In this document: piece after piece, positions 36,491 to 50,290 of the stretch
How the letters are laid out: each line of letters opens with the position of its first letter
Numbering within the stretch: the first letter of the stretch is position 1
Translations under genes and position numbers: made by a program
Assembly (NCBI GenBank): GCA_024679065.1
Contig: JAGIQG010000010.1
Location: forward strand, 61,876,001 to 61,940,000
DNA length: 64,000 nt
Reading direction: 5' to 3'
Source of the DNA: Sphyrna mokarran
Taxonomy: Eukaryota
The notes under the pieces: model-generated
Told to the model about the DNA's origin: nothing
Seen by the model: only the letters and a program-made list of their open reading frames with translations
Databases searched by the model: none

Positions 36491-39360
36491 CTAAACCATT
36501 CCCTTCTCATCCATATACTTATCAACTAACCTCTTAACCGCCACCAAACTTGGCGCATCTACAACAGCTGCAGGCAGGGCATTCCACTCCCTAATCACTC
36601 TTTGAGTAAGAACCTACCTCTGATATCCGTCCTATAACTCATACCCCTTAATTTAAAGTTGTGTCCCCTCGTGCTAGCTTTCTCCATCCTAGAAAAAGGC
36701 TATCACTGTCCACCCTATCCAAACCTCTAATTATCTTATATGTTTCAATAAGATCCCCCCTTAGCCGCCTCCTTCTAACGAAAACAACCTCAAATCCTTC
36801 AACCTCTCTTCATAGGACCTGCCCTCCATACCAGGCAACATCCTAGTAAACCTCCTCTGTACCCTCTCCAATGCCTCCACATCTTTCTTATAATGTGGCG
36901 ACCAGAAATGCACACAATACTCCAAGTGCGGCCGCACTAGAGTTTTGTACAGCTGCAACATGATGCTGCGGCTCCTAAATTCAATCCCCCTACCAATAAA
37001 AAGCTAAGACTCCATAAGCCTTCTTAACAACTTTATCCACTTGACTGCCTACTTTCAGGGATCTATTGACACATACACCAAGATCCTTCTGTTCCTCAAC
37101 ACTATTAAGAGCCCTACCATTAGCCCTATACTCTACACATTTATTGTTCCTGCCAAAGGTCATTACCTCACACTTTTCCACATTAAACTCCATTTGCCAC
37201 CTCTCGGCCCAGCTCTGCAACTTGTCCAAGTCACTCTGTAAACTAAAACACCCATCTTCACTATCTACCACACCACCAACTTTAGTATCATCTGCAAATT
37301 TACTGATCCATCCCTCAATACCCTCATCCAGATCATTTATAAAAATTACAAACAGCAGGGGCCCCAAACAGACCCCTGAGGCACACCACTTGTCACCGAA
37401 CTCCACGATGAATATCTCCCATCAACCACCACCCTCTGTCTTCTATCTGCCAGCCAATTCCTAATCCAATAGCTAAATCACCCTCTATTCCACACATCTG
37501 CATTTTCTGTAGAAGTCTTCCATGGGCCACCTTATCAAAAGCCTTACTAAAATCCATATATACTACATCAACCGCCTTACCCCCATCCACCTCTCTGGTC
37601 ACTTTCTCAAAAAAACTCAATGAGGTTAGTAAGGCATGACCTACCCTTCACAAAACCATGCTGACTATCCCCAATCAATTCATTTCTCTCTAAATAACTA
37701 TAAATCCTATCCTAATAATTCTCTCCAATACTTTGCCCACAACAGAAGTAAGACTCACTGGCCTATAATTCCCTGGAAGGTCTCTCTTCCCCTTCTTGAA
37801 CAATGGGACCACATTCGCTATCCTCCAGTCCTCAGGAACCACACCCGTAACCAACGACGACCTGAAGATCAGAGCCAGAGGCTCTGCAATCTCCTCTCTT
37901 GCCTCCCAGAGAATCCTAGGGTAAATCCCGTCCGGCACAGGGGACTTATCCAACTTCAAACCCTCGAGAATTTCTAACACATCCTCCCTATCTACTACAA
38001 TACTCCCCAATTTGCAACCCTGTACCTCAGTGCTCTCCACAGCTACATTTCCAGCACTCTGCGTGAATACCGAAGAGAAATATTTATTCATTGCCTCACC
38101 AATCTCTTCAGGCTCCACGCACAACTTCCCACTGCTGTCTATGACTGGCCCTAATCTTGCCCTAACCAATCTTCTATTATTAACATATCGAAAGAAAGCT
38201 TTAGGATTCTCCTTAATCCTATCAGCCAACATCTTCTCGTGTCCCCTCTTAGCTTTCCTCAATTCACTTTTTACCTCCTTCCTAGCTAATCTATAGCTAT
38301 CCATTGCACTACCTGAGCCTTCAAGCCTCATCCTGACATAAGCCTCCTTTTTCTTCTTAACCAGCAAATAAACTCTTTTCGTACACCAAGGCTCTCTTAC
38401 TCGTCCATTTCCTCCCTGCCTGACAGGGACATACTTATCAAGGACTCTCAGCAGCTGCTCCTTGAATAAGCTCCACATTCCAGATGTTCCCAGTCCCTGT
38501 AGTTTCCTAGTCCAATCTATGCACCCTAATTCTCTCCTGATGCCTCATAATTACCCTTCCCCCAGCTATAACTACTGCCCCCAGCTTCATGCCTATCCCT
38601 ATCCATCACTAAGGTGAACATAACCGAATTATGGTCACTATCACCAAAATGTTCACTAACTTCCAAGCCTAACACCTGGTCTGGCTCATTGCCAGCACCA
38701 AATCCAATGTAGCCTCACCTCTAGTTGGCCTATCTACATACTGAGTCAAAAAACCTTCCTGCACACTCTGTACGAAAACTGACCCCTCTAACGAGCTAGA
38801 GCTATAGCTATTCCAATCAATATTAGCAAAGTTAAAGTCACCCATCACAATTACCCTACTACTTTCACTCCTAATCAGAATTGACTTGGCAATCCTTTCC
38901 TCAACCTCTCTAGAACTATTAGGAGGTCTGTAAAAGACTCCCAACAGGGTGACCTCTCCTCTCCTGTTTCTAATCTCAGCCCATACTACCTCAACAGACA
39001 AGTCCTCATCAAACTTCTTTTCGATCAACGTGATACAGTCTTTGACCAGTAACGCCACTCCTCCCCCCCTTCTACCCCCTTCTCTACTCCGACTAAAGCA
39101 TTTGTACCCCGGAACCTGCAGCATCCATTCCTGTCCCTGCTCTACCCAAGTCTCTGAAATGGCCACAACATCGAAGTTCCAGGTACTGGTCCAAGCTGCA
39201 AGTTCCTCCTCCTTATTGCGAATACTCCTTGCATTAAAGTATACGCATCTCAAACCATGCCCCACCCCACCCGTACGCCGCTGTGTTTTACAACTCTCCT
39301 CTATAACCCCCTTACTCTCATCCCTATCAGCACCCCAACTACTTAGGATCCCACCCCCCC
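36491..39360 (-). pseudogene. CR1 ORF2 (APE endonuclease + RT), broken by single-base frameshifts
   Basis: YFNARSI, DVVAISETW, GGGVALLVK, GVFYRPP, MGDFN, LDLVL (APE); WRIANVVPLFKKG..NYRPVSLTS, DFSKAFD, FADDTK (RT) across consecutive ORFs. Confidence 0.9.
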
Positions 39361-39366
39361 CCCGAA

Positions 39367-40226
39367 TCAGTTTAACGCCCCCATCATAGCCTTAGCAAAT
39401 TTTCCCCCTAAGATATTAGTCCCCCTCTGGTTCAGGTGTAGACCATCTCTCTTGAAGAGGTCCCACCTATCCCAGAATGAGTCCCAATTGTTAAGGAACC
39501 TGAACCCCGCCCTCCTGCACCATCCACGCAGCCATGAGTTCAAACTATCCCTTTCTCTGTTCATCTCTAAACTATCCCTTGGCACAGGCAAGAGTCCAGA
39601 GATAACCACTCTGCCTGTTATGGACCTAAGCTTCCACCCTAACTCCATAAATTTCTGTTTAATATCCCCCTCCCTTGTCCTACCTACATCATGTGTCCCC
39701 ACATGAACAATGCCTTGGGGCTGACTCCCCTCACCCTTAAGAATCCTAAAAACCCGATCTGCGACATCCTGGACCCCAGCCCCTGGGAGGCAACACACCA
39801 GCCCTGAGTCCTGTTTATTACTATTTACCCGCCTATCTGTCCCTCTAACTATGGAGTCTCCTATAACTAGGCCTAATCTCTTATTCCCCCCACCCACCTG
39901 AGCATTCTCAGCAGGCTCACCCCCAGAGACCTGCTCCCTTTGGTCAGCTCCAGTTGATCCTTCCTCAACTGTAGCCTCCAAGACAGAAAATTTATTTTGG
40001 AGGGGAACAGCCCCAGGGGATTGTCTCCCCGATTGCTTCTTACCCTCCTCCTAATAGTTACCCAATTATCACTTATAGGAGTTACAATCTCTTTGTTACT
40101 CCTGCCTATATCCTCCTCAACCTCTCGAATTACTCTGAGCTCCTCTAATTCCAGCTCCAGCTCCTTAACACGATCCTCAAGGAGCTGCAAGTGTGCACAC
40201 TTCCTGCAGGTATAATCAGCAGGAAA
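39367..40226 (-). pseudogene. CR1 ORF1 (zinc finger remnant, coiled coil, SGNH esterase domain), one frameshift
   Basis: PADYTCRKC, LEDRVKELELELEELRVIRE, VIGDSIVRG (GDS), CCLPGA, HVGTHD, DGLHLN. Confidence 0.9.
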
Positions 40227-42404
40227 GAAGCCTTCACTGTCTTCTGGGAAGAGAATTCTATATACCAATAAACTTTGGGAGAAAAGAATCGTCCTCATCT
40301 CTCTCTTAATTCATCAACCACTTATGCTTTTACTGTGTCCCCTGGTTCTTTTCTCTCCCACACGTGGAAACATATATCCATGCAATCAAAACTCCTCAAT
40401 CTTACATGTTCCAATAAAATCACTTCTCACTCTTCTAAAATCCAATAAATACAGACCTAAACTGTCCAACCTTCCCTCATAAGATAATCCTAATATCCAA
40501 GGAATGAGTCCCATGAGCCTTCTCTGAACTACTACTAATGCAATATTATCTTCTTTCAAATAAAGAACCTAAAATGATACACAGTATTTCAGATGTGGGC
40601 TTACCAAGACCCTGTCTAACTGCAGTGAAATCTCCTTACTTTTGCATTCCATGCATCTTGCAATAAATGCTAATATTTTATTTGCCTTCCTGATCACATG
40701 TTGTACATGCATATTAACTATGTGTGATCCATGTACCAGGAAACTTAGATCATCTTGTACCACTGAGTCTACAAATTCCTTCTATTTAAATAATATGCTG
40801 CTTTTCTATTCTTCCTGCCAAAGTGGACAAGTTCACATTTTCCCACATTTCACTTCATCTGACTATTTTTTGCCTGCTCACTTAGCTTGCCCATATCCCT
40901 TTTTGGGCTCTCTAGCTCCTCTTGACAACTTACTTTCCTATCTATCTTAATGTTATTGATAAATTTAGTCCCCCACACATTCAATCTCTTCGTCCAAATC
41001 ATTGATGTAGATTGTAAATGGTTGAGGTCCTAGCAGTAATCCTTGTGGCACTCCACTTGTTGCAGTTTGCCAACCTGAAATAGACACACCAAGTCCTACT
41101 TTCTGCTTCCTATTAGCCAACCAATCCTTTATCCTGTTACGCCCAATACCACGTAACTATTTTTTTGCGTACAGATATGGCACATTTTCAAATGTCTTCT
41201 GGAAATCCAACTACACCAGATCTATAAATATTTCCTATATCTATCTTGTTTGTTACTTCTTCAAAAATTCTCATAAATTAATTAAAAATGATTTCTCTTT
41301 CACAAACCAATGTTTGAACAAATTATGATTTTATAAACATCTTAATAATGAATTCTAACAATTTCCCTTATTAGGCTAACTGGCCTGTAGTTTCCTGCTT
41401 TCTGTCCCTTCTTTTATTGAATAGTGTTGCATTAACTATTTTCCAAATCACTGAGACCATTTCAAATTTAAAGAATTTTGGAAGATTATAACTGCCTTTG
41501 CAGCCACTCCTAAGACCCTAGGAAGGGGGCCTTTTGGTCCTGTCAAGGGACTTAAGGTCTAATAGTTTGCCCAGAACCTTTCTCCTAGTGATGGTGATTG
41601 TTCTGAGTATCTTTCAACTATATTTGGAAAGCTTTCTAAGTCTTCAACAGTGAAGATAGACACAAAATACCTGTTCAATGCCTGTTATTTCTTTGTTTCC
41701 TTTAGTATTTCCCATAACTCATTTTATAAAGATCAAACACTAGCCTTAATTACTCTTTTCCTATTTAAATATTTGTGGAAACTCTTACTTTTTGCTTTTA
41801 TATTACGAGCTAACTTCCTCTCAGTTTTCTTTTTCCTTCTTTATTATTGTTTAGTCATTGTTTGCTGATTCTTAACATTTGTCAAATATCCTGGTTTACC
41901 ACATATCTTTGCAGATTTGAACAGTGTTTATTTCAATGATATTATCCTTAACTTGCTTGATCAGCCATGGATAATGTACTTCTGTCAAGAATAAAAATCA
42001 AAGAAAATTACAGCACAGGAACAAGCCATTTAGTTCTCTAAGCCTGCACCAACCATGCTGCCTATGGGAGCTAAAATCCCCTTCTGGGGACCATATCCTT
42101 CTATCCCCATCCTATTCATGTATTTGTCAAGATACCCCTTAAAAGTCACTATCGTATCTGCTTCCACTACCTCTCAATGTGTCTCAAAGGTTCTTTCCTT
42201 CTCACTGGAATAAATCTTTGCTAAGAGTTATTAACTGTCTCCTTAAATGTCTGCCACTACATCTCTACTGTTCTACCTTTTAAACTAGTTTTTCAGTTCA
42301 CTTTGGCTAGATTTGTTTTCATACCCTTTGTTCTAGTGTCAGAGAATACTTGCACATGGGAGCCTGCTCATACTTCCCTATGTATTTTAAGTTCTTGTCT
42401 GTGC

Positions 42405-45400
42405 ATCAAGTGGAGACTATATTGGATGCAAGGGGCATTTCAAAAAAGGATTAAACAACAATATCTTGGTAGATCAGCAGTCTGATGTTAAAGAACATAG
42501 AAAATTACAGTGCAGTACAGGCCCTTCAGCCCTCGATGTTACGCCAACCTGTGAAACCAATCTAAAGCCCATCTAACCTACACTATTCCTATATCATCAA
42601 TATGTTTATTTAATGACCATTTAAATGCCCTTAACGTTGGCGATTCCACTGCTGATCAGTGGTGAAGAAATCAGAAAGAGATGATATTGTACAGTTAATG
42701 CTTTACTCCAGCCGTCTGTTGCATGGCCTTAAATGTCCAATTTATGAAAGTGCTGACTGACATTTTCAATGGCTGGCATCAAAATATCATACCTGCTTAC
42801 TCTGCTCTCAGAAATATTCCTGATGCAGTGTCCTAACATTGGCTTTGAGCAGGGTAGGAGAAGGAAATAAATGCAGACTAAGATTGCCAACCATGCCTTG
42901 ATTTTGTCATTAAACTGCTTCAAAACCATACAGGCTTATTGCAACCACTTGAATATTATTTCACCATCTTTAACTGGTCTGTATTTTCACATGATGTTTG
43001 GTAGATGACTAATATATTATAGGACTTGATTTATACTTCAGATTTTTCAGATCTGGCTGTCATTCCTCAATCAGTTGCAGAGATTTATTGACTTTGTAAC
43101 CTATTCTGATGTGCCTCGCTCTGAAACATAAATGTAGCTCCAAATCCTTTATGGTCAATTAAGTTTTCTATAGCTGGAATTTGGAATTCTAGGCATCATT
43201 CTCATTAAAATTTATATGCAAAATTCCAGTTATCACAAAGCCTATTACCGATCTAATATGATAATAACTTCCTTAACTCTTTATTTTTAATAGTTGTCCT
43301 CCATGTAGCCATGAAGTATGTGGGGGGAGGGGGGGTGGAACAAGGAAGACTATACCATACTTTTTTTGTAATTGCCCATGCACATTGATTAACAAGAAGA
43401 TATCATAGAATGTGGAGAAAAAAATGGGAAAATAGAGTTCAGGTGCACACCTACTATGATTTGATTGAATGGTGGAACAGACTTGAGGGGCTGAATGGCC
43501 TACATTTGTTTTCAAAGGAAAACTTTACAGAGAATGTGATAAGTCTATACTGTTGTTTCTTTCCTCCCTTTTTGCCTTAATTGCCACCAGGATGTTTGGA
43601 TAAAGTCTGCTGTGATCCTAGGCTTTACCCTTAGGTTTTTGGTATGACATGGTTAGGGATGTTTAGAGTAAGAAAGTTTTCCAGTTGAAGACACTTGTTA
43701 AGAGAATAAAGCCAAGGGTTTTGAACTAAATAAACTTCACTGACCAAGTCAGAAATGTAAAACAATTTACAATATGTATCAAGTGGAGACTATAATGGAT
43801 GCAAGGTGCATTTCAAAAAGGATTAAACAACAATATCTTGGTAGATCAGCAGTCTGATGTCAAATAACATAGAATATTACAGTGCAGTACAGGCCCTTCA
43901 ATGTTACTCCAACCTGCGAAACCAATCTAAAGCCCATCTAACCTATACTATTCCAATATCATCCATATGTTTATTCAATGACCATTTAAATGCTCTTAAA
44001 GTTGGCGATTCCATTGCAGATCTACCAACATGAGGTACATGTGACTTAACAGAAAAACAATGGTCAAACACACTACAATGCACAATCAATGGCAATTATG
44101 ACAAAGATAGATCTCTCAGATTTCTCAACAACTGACCCAGATATCAGTAAACACTAAAGAAGGAATTTTACATCTTTGCTTGACCCAAGACCATAAAATC
44201 CCACCCGAGGTCAACAGACCTTACTATTGTCTATCCCTCGCCTGCTCCGATTCCATGGTGGGCGAGGCTGTAGAATTCCAGTGTGTGAGGGAACCAATCT
44301 CATTGAAACTCTGGGCAGAATCATACTGGCTCACCTGCAGTGGGAAACTTGGGAGGTGGGGAAATTAAAGTTGGCAGGGGGCCAAAAATCAGTTTCCTGA
44401 TGGTGGGATGGATTTTTTTCAATTATGTTCTTGGGACTTTAAAAGCAGTTTGAGCTTCCTGACTATCAATTCAAGAAGCCTTATTGCACACATTAGCAAA
44501 TCATGGATGCTCAGTAAAAAGCCACCTCACCAAATGTAAGTACCCTCCTCCAAATTAAGTTCCTTGCTAGTCTTAAATTAAGATGTTCACATATACAATT
44601 ACATGAACCTGGTGAGGTTGACTTCTTCCATCATTTTGAAGCATACAGCAGTTGCACTGGCTTTCGTGGGGACCGCTCACAAATCTCAGCCTTGTGATTG
44701 AGATAGGATGTCAGCAGGCCAAGCAGTGAGGGGCTGAATGGCTGGATAAGGGAGGCAAAATTAGTTGCAAAAAAAATGGAATGAAGACTGAACACAAGAG
44801 AGGCAGACGAAAGGTGGAAGGTTGGAAAGCTGTCAAGGGAAGAAAGACAGAATTTCCAATACTGAGAATGAGGCTGGCCAGGGAAGGAAGACAGAATTTC
44901 TGGTTCAGGGAGGGAATATAAGGGTCTGAGGAAGCAGAATGGAGGAAAGTGTCTTTTTTTTTGGTTCTTGTGGTTTGGTCAGAGGTGGAGTTTCTGGGCA
45001 GCGATGCTGGCAGAGAGATGATCTTAGAAGTTGGTGTCAGTTCTGCCTAAAGTGGGGTGCTGGGAATTGAACTGAGAGTACTGGGCACCAGAAGGAACAG
45101 TTACAATAAGAGGAGAGAATAGGATGTGGTAGGTTTGCAGGTCCAGGCTGATAGTAAGGTAACTGGAGGTTTCATGGTGGTTAGTTCAGGAAATGGTTGA
45201 AGTAGGTGACTTGGATGACAGGAGGGTTAGGGTCAGGGTGGCATGTGGACGATAACAAAGGGGAAATAAAGCATGTGGAAGGTGCTGGTTATAAGTGAAA
45301 GACAAATAGAGAGAGGTTCAATAATTGTTCAAATCCCAGGTTTTCAATCTCATCATCCAAGACTCTATTCTCTGGATTGCTGACTCTGCCCTCTAGCACC

Positions 45401-45857
45401 AGCTTACATACACCATTTCAGCTCTTCAGCCATGCTCGGAAGAAGGTCATTGACCCAAATGATTATCTTTAGCCCAATAGCCTGCAGCATGTAATCGCCA
45501 CTGGCCTGCTGACTTCTGAGATTTTCAGAGTTCTCCCAAGTCCTTGAAGGCTTCCAACCATAGCTTTTTTACTGCTTAGAGTCTCTTTCCTTGCTTGTCT
45601 CCCTGGTTATTCCCTCTGGAGATATCTCCCCGATTCTCTCTCCTAGACTTGAAATATTGGCTCTGTTCTCTTTCTACAATGGAATCGCCAACTTTAAGAG
45701 CATTTAAGTGGTCATTGAATAAACATATGGATGATATTGGAATAGTGTAGGTTAGATGAGCTTTAGATTGGTTTCGCAGGTTGGAGTAACATTGAAGGGC
45801 CTGTACTGCACTGTAATATTCTATGTTATTTGACACCAGACTGCTGATCTACCAAGA
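42405..45857. repeat. Locally triplicated unit (flank + CR1 3' fragment): 42405-42657, 43778-44022 (direct), 45677-45857 (inverted)
   Basis: All three share non-CR1 flank tcttggtagatcagcagtctg and the same CR1 truncation point gttggcgattcca. Confidence 0.9.
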
Positions 45858-46249
45858 ATTCAGAAATTCTTGCTGAGATTTTCCAAGAAATTTTAAGATC
45901 TGGTTGGATGAAATCAAATGGGTCGAGTTGTCTTTCTTATCCACAATTATCTTCTGTTAAGAATGCAAGTTCTGCCACAGTTTATGTCAAATAATCTTTG
46001 AAGAAAGCAGATAACAAGGCTGTTTACATTTCTAATTGTGAAATTTTCTTCCAGACAGAACTGTTGTCTGGAATTCAATCTTTCTGTACAAAATTGCAAA
46101 AGCAATGTTAACCATCACTTCCTGAATCAGTATTGTTGAATTATGACTCATTAGTACATGGGAAATTAAACTTACTTGTTGGCTTGTCATTTATATCATG
46201 TCAATGTTGATCCTAGCAACTACCAACAGGATCAATTTTGTAAGATATC

Positions 46250-46548
46250 TAAAGTAAAGTTTATTCATTAGTGCCACAAGTAAGCTTACATTAACATTGA
46301 AATGAAATGACTGAAAACCCCCTAGTTGCCACACTCCAGCACCTGTTTGGTTACACTGAGGAAGAACTTAATCAATGCACCTAACCAATACATCTTTCAA
46401 ACTGTGGGAGGAAATCAGAGCAGCCAAAATAAAACCACACAGACACAGGGAGAACATGCAGACTCCACACAATTACCCAAGCTGGGAATCAAACCCAGAT
46501 CCCTAACGCTGTGAGGTACAGTGCTAACCATTGTGCCACCATGCCGCC
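46250..46548 (-). mobile_element. tRNA-derived SINE with alternative (non-CR1-like) 3' tail
   Basis: Minus-strand head GGCGGCATGGTGGCACAATGGTTAGCACTG and box B-like GGTTTGATTCCC; tail matches 51163-51260, ending AATAAACTTTACTTTA. Confidence 0.85.
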
Positions 46549-48249
46549 GAAACCCTTGTTTCATTATCCAGCTATCTGTTATACTGCCCAATATACATCA
46601 AACATTCAATTCATTTTCATCCACCCAAAAAGAACACAGCTATTGATATTTAAATTTGTTCTTTGCTTTTCAAAAATTAAATTAAGTACCAACTAGGATT
46701 AACAGTTTTGCAAGTCTTTGGATCTGGAATCCTTTCATAATGAGTCAACAATCTACATTTGGGAATTCCAGAGGAACTGGTACTCCCAGTTAAATGCAAG
46801 GAAAAACTGTCTGATTGGCCAACAATTGACTTCTTAATAAGGGTGTTTGTATTTCAATAGGCCAACCTTAGTGGCTTGATTGAAGTCATTACAATAGTTA
46901 ATAAAAAGTTTAAGTTAGTAAGTCAATGTTTACCAATGAGAAAGGCAGCTCACAGGTTACATCCCTTCTCAGGACAATGGGGTTGATTTTTAACTTGTCT
47001 TCCAAGTGTAAAACTGGCATTATGATCAGCCTCCCAAACCAGAAACCACTGAAGCAAAGCCCAGATTGTGTCTATCACAAAAAGGGCTGATGTACCTTGG
47101 TGGCAAACTGAAAATCACGTCACTTTATGCACTTTGGCTGCTTTCGGGAAATGGAAAGGCCTGTCAGATTTCAGTAAACAGCCACACTGTTATTTTACAG
47201 CAAATAAATCATCGTTTGGAGAACAGAAATTAATATTTAAAAACAGTTACTTGTGGGCGGAATCTCAATGGAGTTTTCAAATAGCAAGTTGGCCAACATG
47301 CCAGAGCTGTAAAATTATTGTAAATCACACACTCCACATTCATACTGTTTGAAAAATTAATGGTGTGTGGGACAAGCAGATTAGAATATTGCTCAACCAG
47401 CCTAGAAATTAGACTGCTTAAAGAAAGCAGGAGGCTGGGAATTCCTATGTGTTGCCTGTCTACTGATAGCATCATATGGTGCTGGTTTACATTTGCCTGA
47501 TGTTAAGATAGTTGACACAAATTTTTGAAGTTTTTTTCAAAACAAAAAGGCTTAATTTTGAAGTGCGTTTTAAAAATATCACTATAATTCTTAACAGTCC
47601 ATTCCAGCTCTATGTGATGAAGTTTTCTTTTTAGAAATGTTTGACAGGTCAGTTTTGTCTTCTGGTGACATTTTGGTAGATGTGCACCTCATTGTGTCAT
47701 TTTGTGAGTGGAAAACAGACCACAAGAATCACACCCTATGCCCCAAGGATTCATGATATAGACCTAGCCCTGTAGATTAAGCAGGAGTGTAACGTCTGTT
47801 TCAGGCCTATTTCAGATATGTATCAGCTCTGCAATTCAGGATTAGATGGTCGATATGAATCATTCCAGAGGTTCTTAAAGGACTTGAGACTGTCAACAAC
47901 AGTAATTTTTCCATTATAAGGCAGCCTTTACCAGAGATATATCTATAACAGCTCCAGATGCATGTCATCCAAATTATGGGTGGAATTTTACGAGATATTT
48001 TTCTAAATGTCCAGCTAGCATGAAAACGGAACAGTTGCTGATCCACTTCTATCTTTTCATCCATTCTTTTGTGGACAGGATGATGACAGACCAGCACATC
48101 TGTATGAACCCAACTAAAAAAAAGAGTGAATATGAATTCTTGGTTGAATATTTTGAAAATTCGTGAGGTTTGGATGAAATAAGCATGCAAAATAAAAGTG
48201 ATTTGGGAAATCAACCCAAGTTCATGATAAGAGATAAGGATTTCATAAT

Positions 48250-48650
48250 TCTGTGTTTGGAAGGCAATGGTATAATCAGACAAAGTCAGCATGGACATAC
48301 AAATTTATTGGAATTTTTTGAGGATGTAACTAGTAGAGTTGACCAAGGAGAACCAGTGGATGTGATTTATTTAGACCTTCAGAAATTTTTTGACAGGGTA
48401 TCCCAGAATAGATGACTATGTCAAGTTAAAGCACATGGGATTGCAGGTAATATCTTCAGATGGATACAAAGCTGGCTAGCAGACAGGATGCAAAGAGTTG
48501 GCATAAATTGATCTTTTTCAATTGGCAGTCAATGATTAGTGAGATTCTGCAGAGATCTTTGCTTGGATTCCAATTGTTCACATTGTATATTAATGATTTG
48601 GAAGAGGAAACTGAATGTATTATCTTCAAATTTGAGGATGATACAAAGAG
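48250..48650 (+). mobile_element. CR1 RT internal fragment
   Basis: IIRQSQHG..NLLEFFEDVTSRVDQGEPVDVIYLDLQKFFD; LFTLYINDL...KFEDDTK. Confidence 0.85.
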
Positions 48651-49699
48651 ATGCTGGTCTGCAGGTGCACCTCAAGAATCAGTACATGATGCAAGACTTT
48701 TATCTGCACTGCAAGGTCACACATTGGCCTAGTTGTAGGCATTGCAGCTCCAGAGGCCATGTTTAGAGCAAGTAATGTTGCTCGTCTAATGCGCCAATTG
48801 CATTGGTTTCACTTGTATTCTAGGTGTCACAGAATTTGCTTTATGAGGTAAGCAGAGGTATACAGAAGCCAGGAATGTTGCATGTGATACACAGATTGGA
48901 AATAAGGTTGTTGGCCAGAATGGATGGTCCTCATTCTTCCAAGGAACTGATGCTGCACTGTTCAGGGCTCCTTGTGCACATGTACCTGATCTGCATGGAT
49001 GCTACAATATACAATCCTTTCAACATGTATAGGGCTTGAAGTCTGATACCCTCACCTTATTAGAGTTGTGAGCATGGTTTGATCATGGATAATTTAGTGA
49101 CATGGGCCCCTCATTTACTATTGTGCCATTCATGTGAGGGATCAGGTTGTGAAGAACTTATTGCCATCTCTGTTTGCAATGTGATGAAGTCCATGGTTAT
49201 CATGGTGAGTACTCCAGACATATAAATGTGACTGAATCAAACTCAGTGATTTTTATCCTTTGCCTTGTTGAGGATGGGCAGTTCCAAGTGTACTTTTTAT
49301 GTACATTTATGCTTACTTCCAGCAATTCCAAAGGGCATCTGACCTATCCTATAGAATGAATGACCCTCACCATAGTCTACTTTAGTAGCTTAAAAGGACA
49401 TATCCAAAGGGGTTCCTTACCTCTCCAAAGGGATATCCAGACTATTCAAATGAATCCATAGAGTTCAAACCTGCTCTTATCTGGCTTTGGACATTTTGTG
49501 TTTCACACGACTCAGCTACTAAAATACCACTTCAGTCGAGGCAGCTGATGAATTAAATTGCTGCCCCTATAAACAATATATGTTTTAAATGGACCTCATC
49601 CTCCAATCTGGCTCCCCTCATTTAAAAATGGGAATTGCCATGTTTATAGTTCATAATTTCCAGCCATTGCTTCTACTCTCGCCATGATACTGAACCGCT

Positions 49700-50290
49700 A
49701 TGTTTTCGGATAACATCGCTGTAGGGCATGTTGTGGGTGAAAAATAGTTAAGGAGCAGCAGTTCTTGGTTGATGGTAGAGAGGCACTGGGGGAGGATGAT
49801 GGGGTCAACCTGTATACAGACAGGTCAAGAAAAACAAAATGAGGCATTTTACAGCTGTCTCAGGTCACATGTCGAGTTTTGACTTTGGTAAGAGTTATTT
49901 GCATACTGTGACAAGGTTGGAAACCTGACTGGAGGAGTTCAAACATGGAGTTTCTGCAAAGTCAGCACAGATTTGAGAGAAGACAATGACTGGAAATTTG
50001 CTGACATCCCTCCCCCCCAACCATGGGAATTGGAACAGGCAAGAGATGGACCATCAGAAGGTCCATTGACCTTGGGGAGGAATTTTCCACTTTTGGGGTG
50101 AGCGAGTGTGGAAAATTTTGCCCAATAACTTCCAGGATTTTGGATAGGAAAGAGAGGTTGGAGATGAGGTGGTTATTTGCAAGGATAGGTTCATCTTTTT
50201 GAGGAAGGAGTTGATGACAGCAGATTTGAAGAAAAGGGGAATGGATAAAGAGGAGAGAGAATCTTCAATAATATCACTTGAAAGGATATG
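49700..50290 (-). mobile_element. L2-like LINE fragment with MITE insertion (49989-50123)
   Basis: ORF 50054-50296 FKSAVINSFLKKMNLSLQITTSSPTSLSYPK resembles the frameshifted L2 RT pre-domain (FK.A.I.PLLKK..L...NYRPISNLPFLSK). Confidence 0.5.

Larger units (their letters stand above)
36407..40226 (-). mobile_element. Young, nearly full-length CR1 LINE (lacks 5' UTR and the start of ORF1)
   Basis: ORF1 and APE-RT ORF2 present; 36407-37685 is nearly identical to the reverse complement of 11923-13205; tail agaacatagaac at 36407. Confidence 0.95.
36095..42320 (-). mobile_element. Old CR1 LINE (about 36095-36282 and 40227-42320) hosting a MITE, the young CR1 and a small CR1 3' fragment (42005-42172)
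   Basis: ORF 40569-40763 HVIRKANKILAFIARCMECKSKE..LVSPHLKYCV; collinear degenerate RT and endonuclease-linker sequence up to about 42300. Confidence 0.75.
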
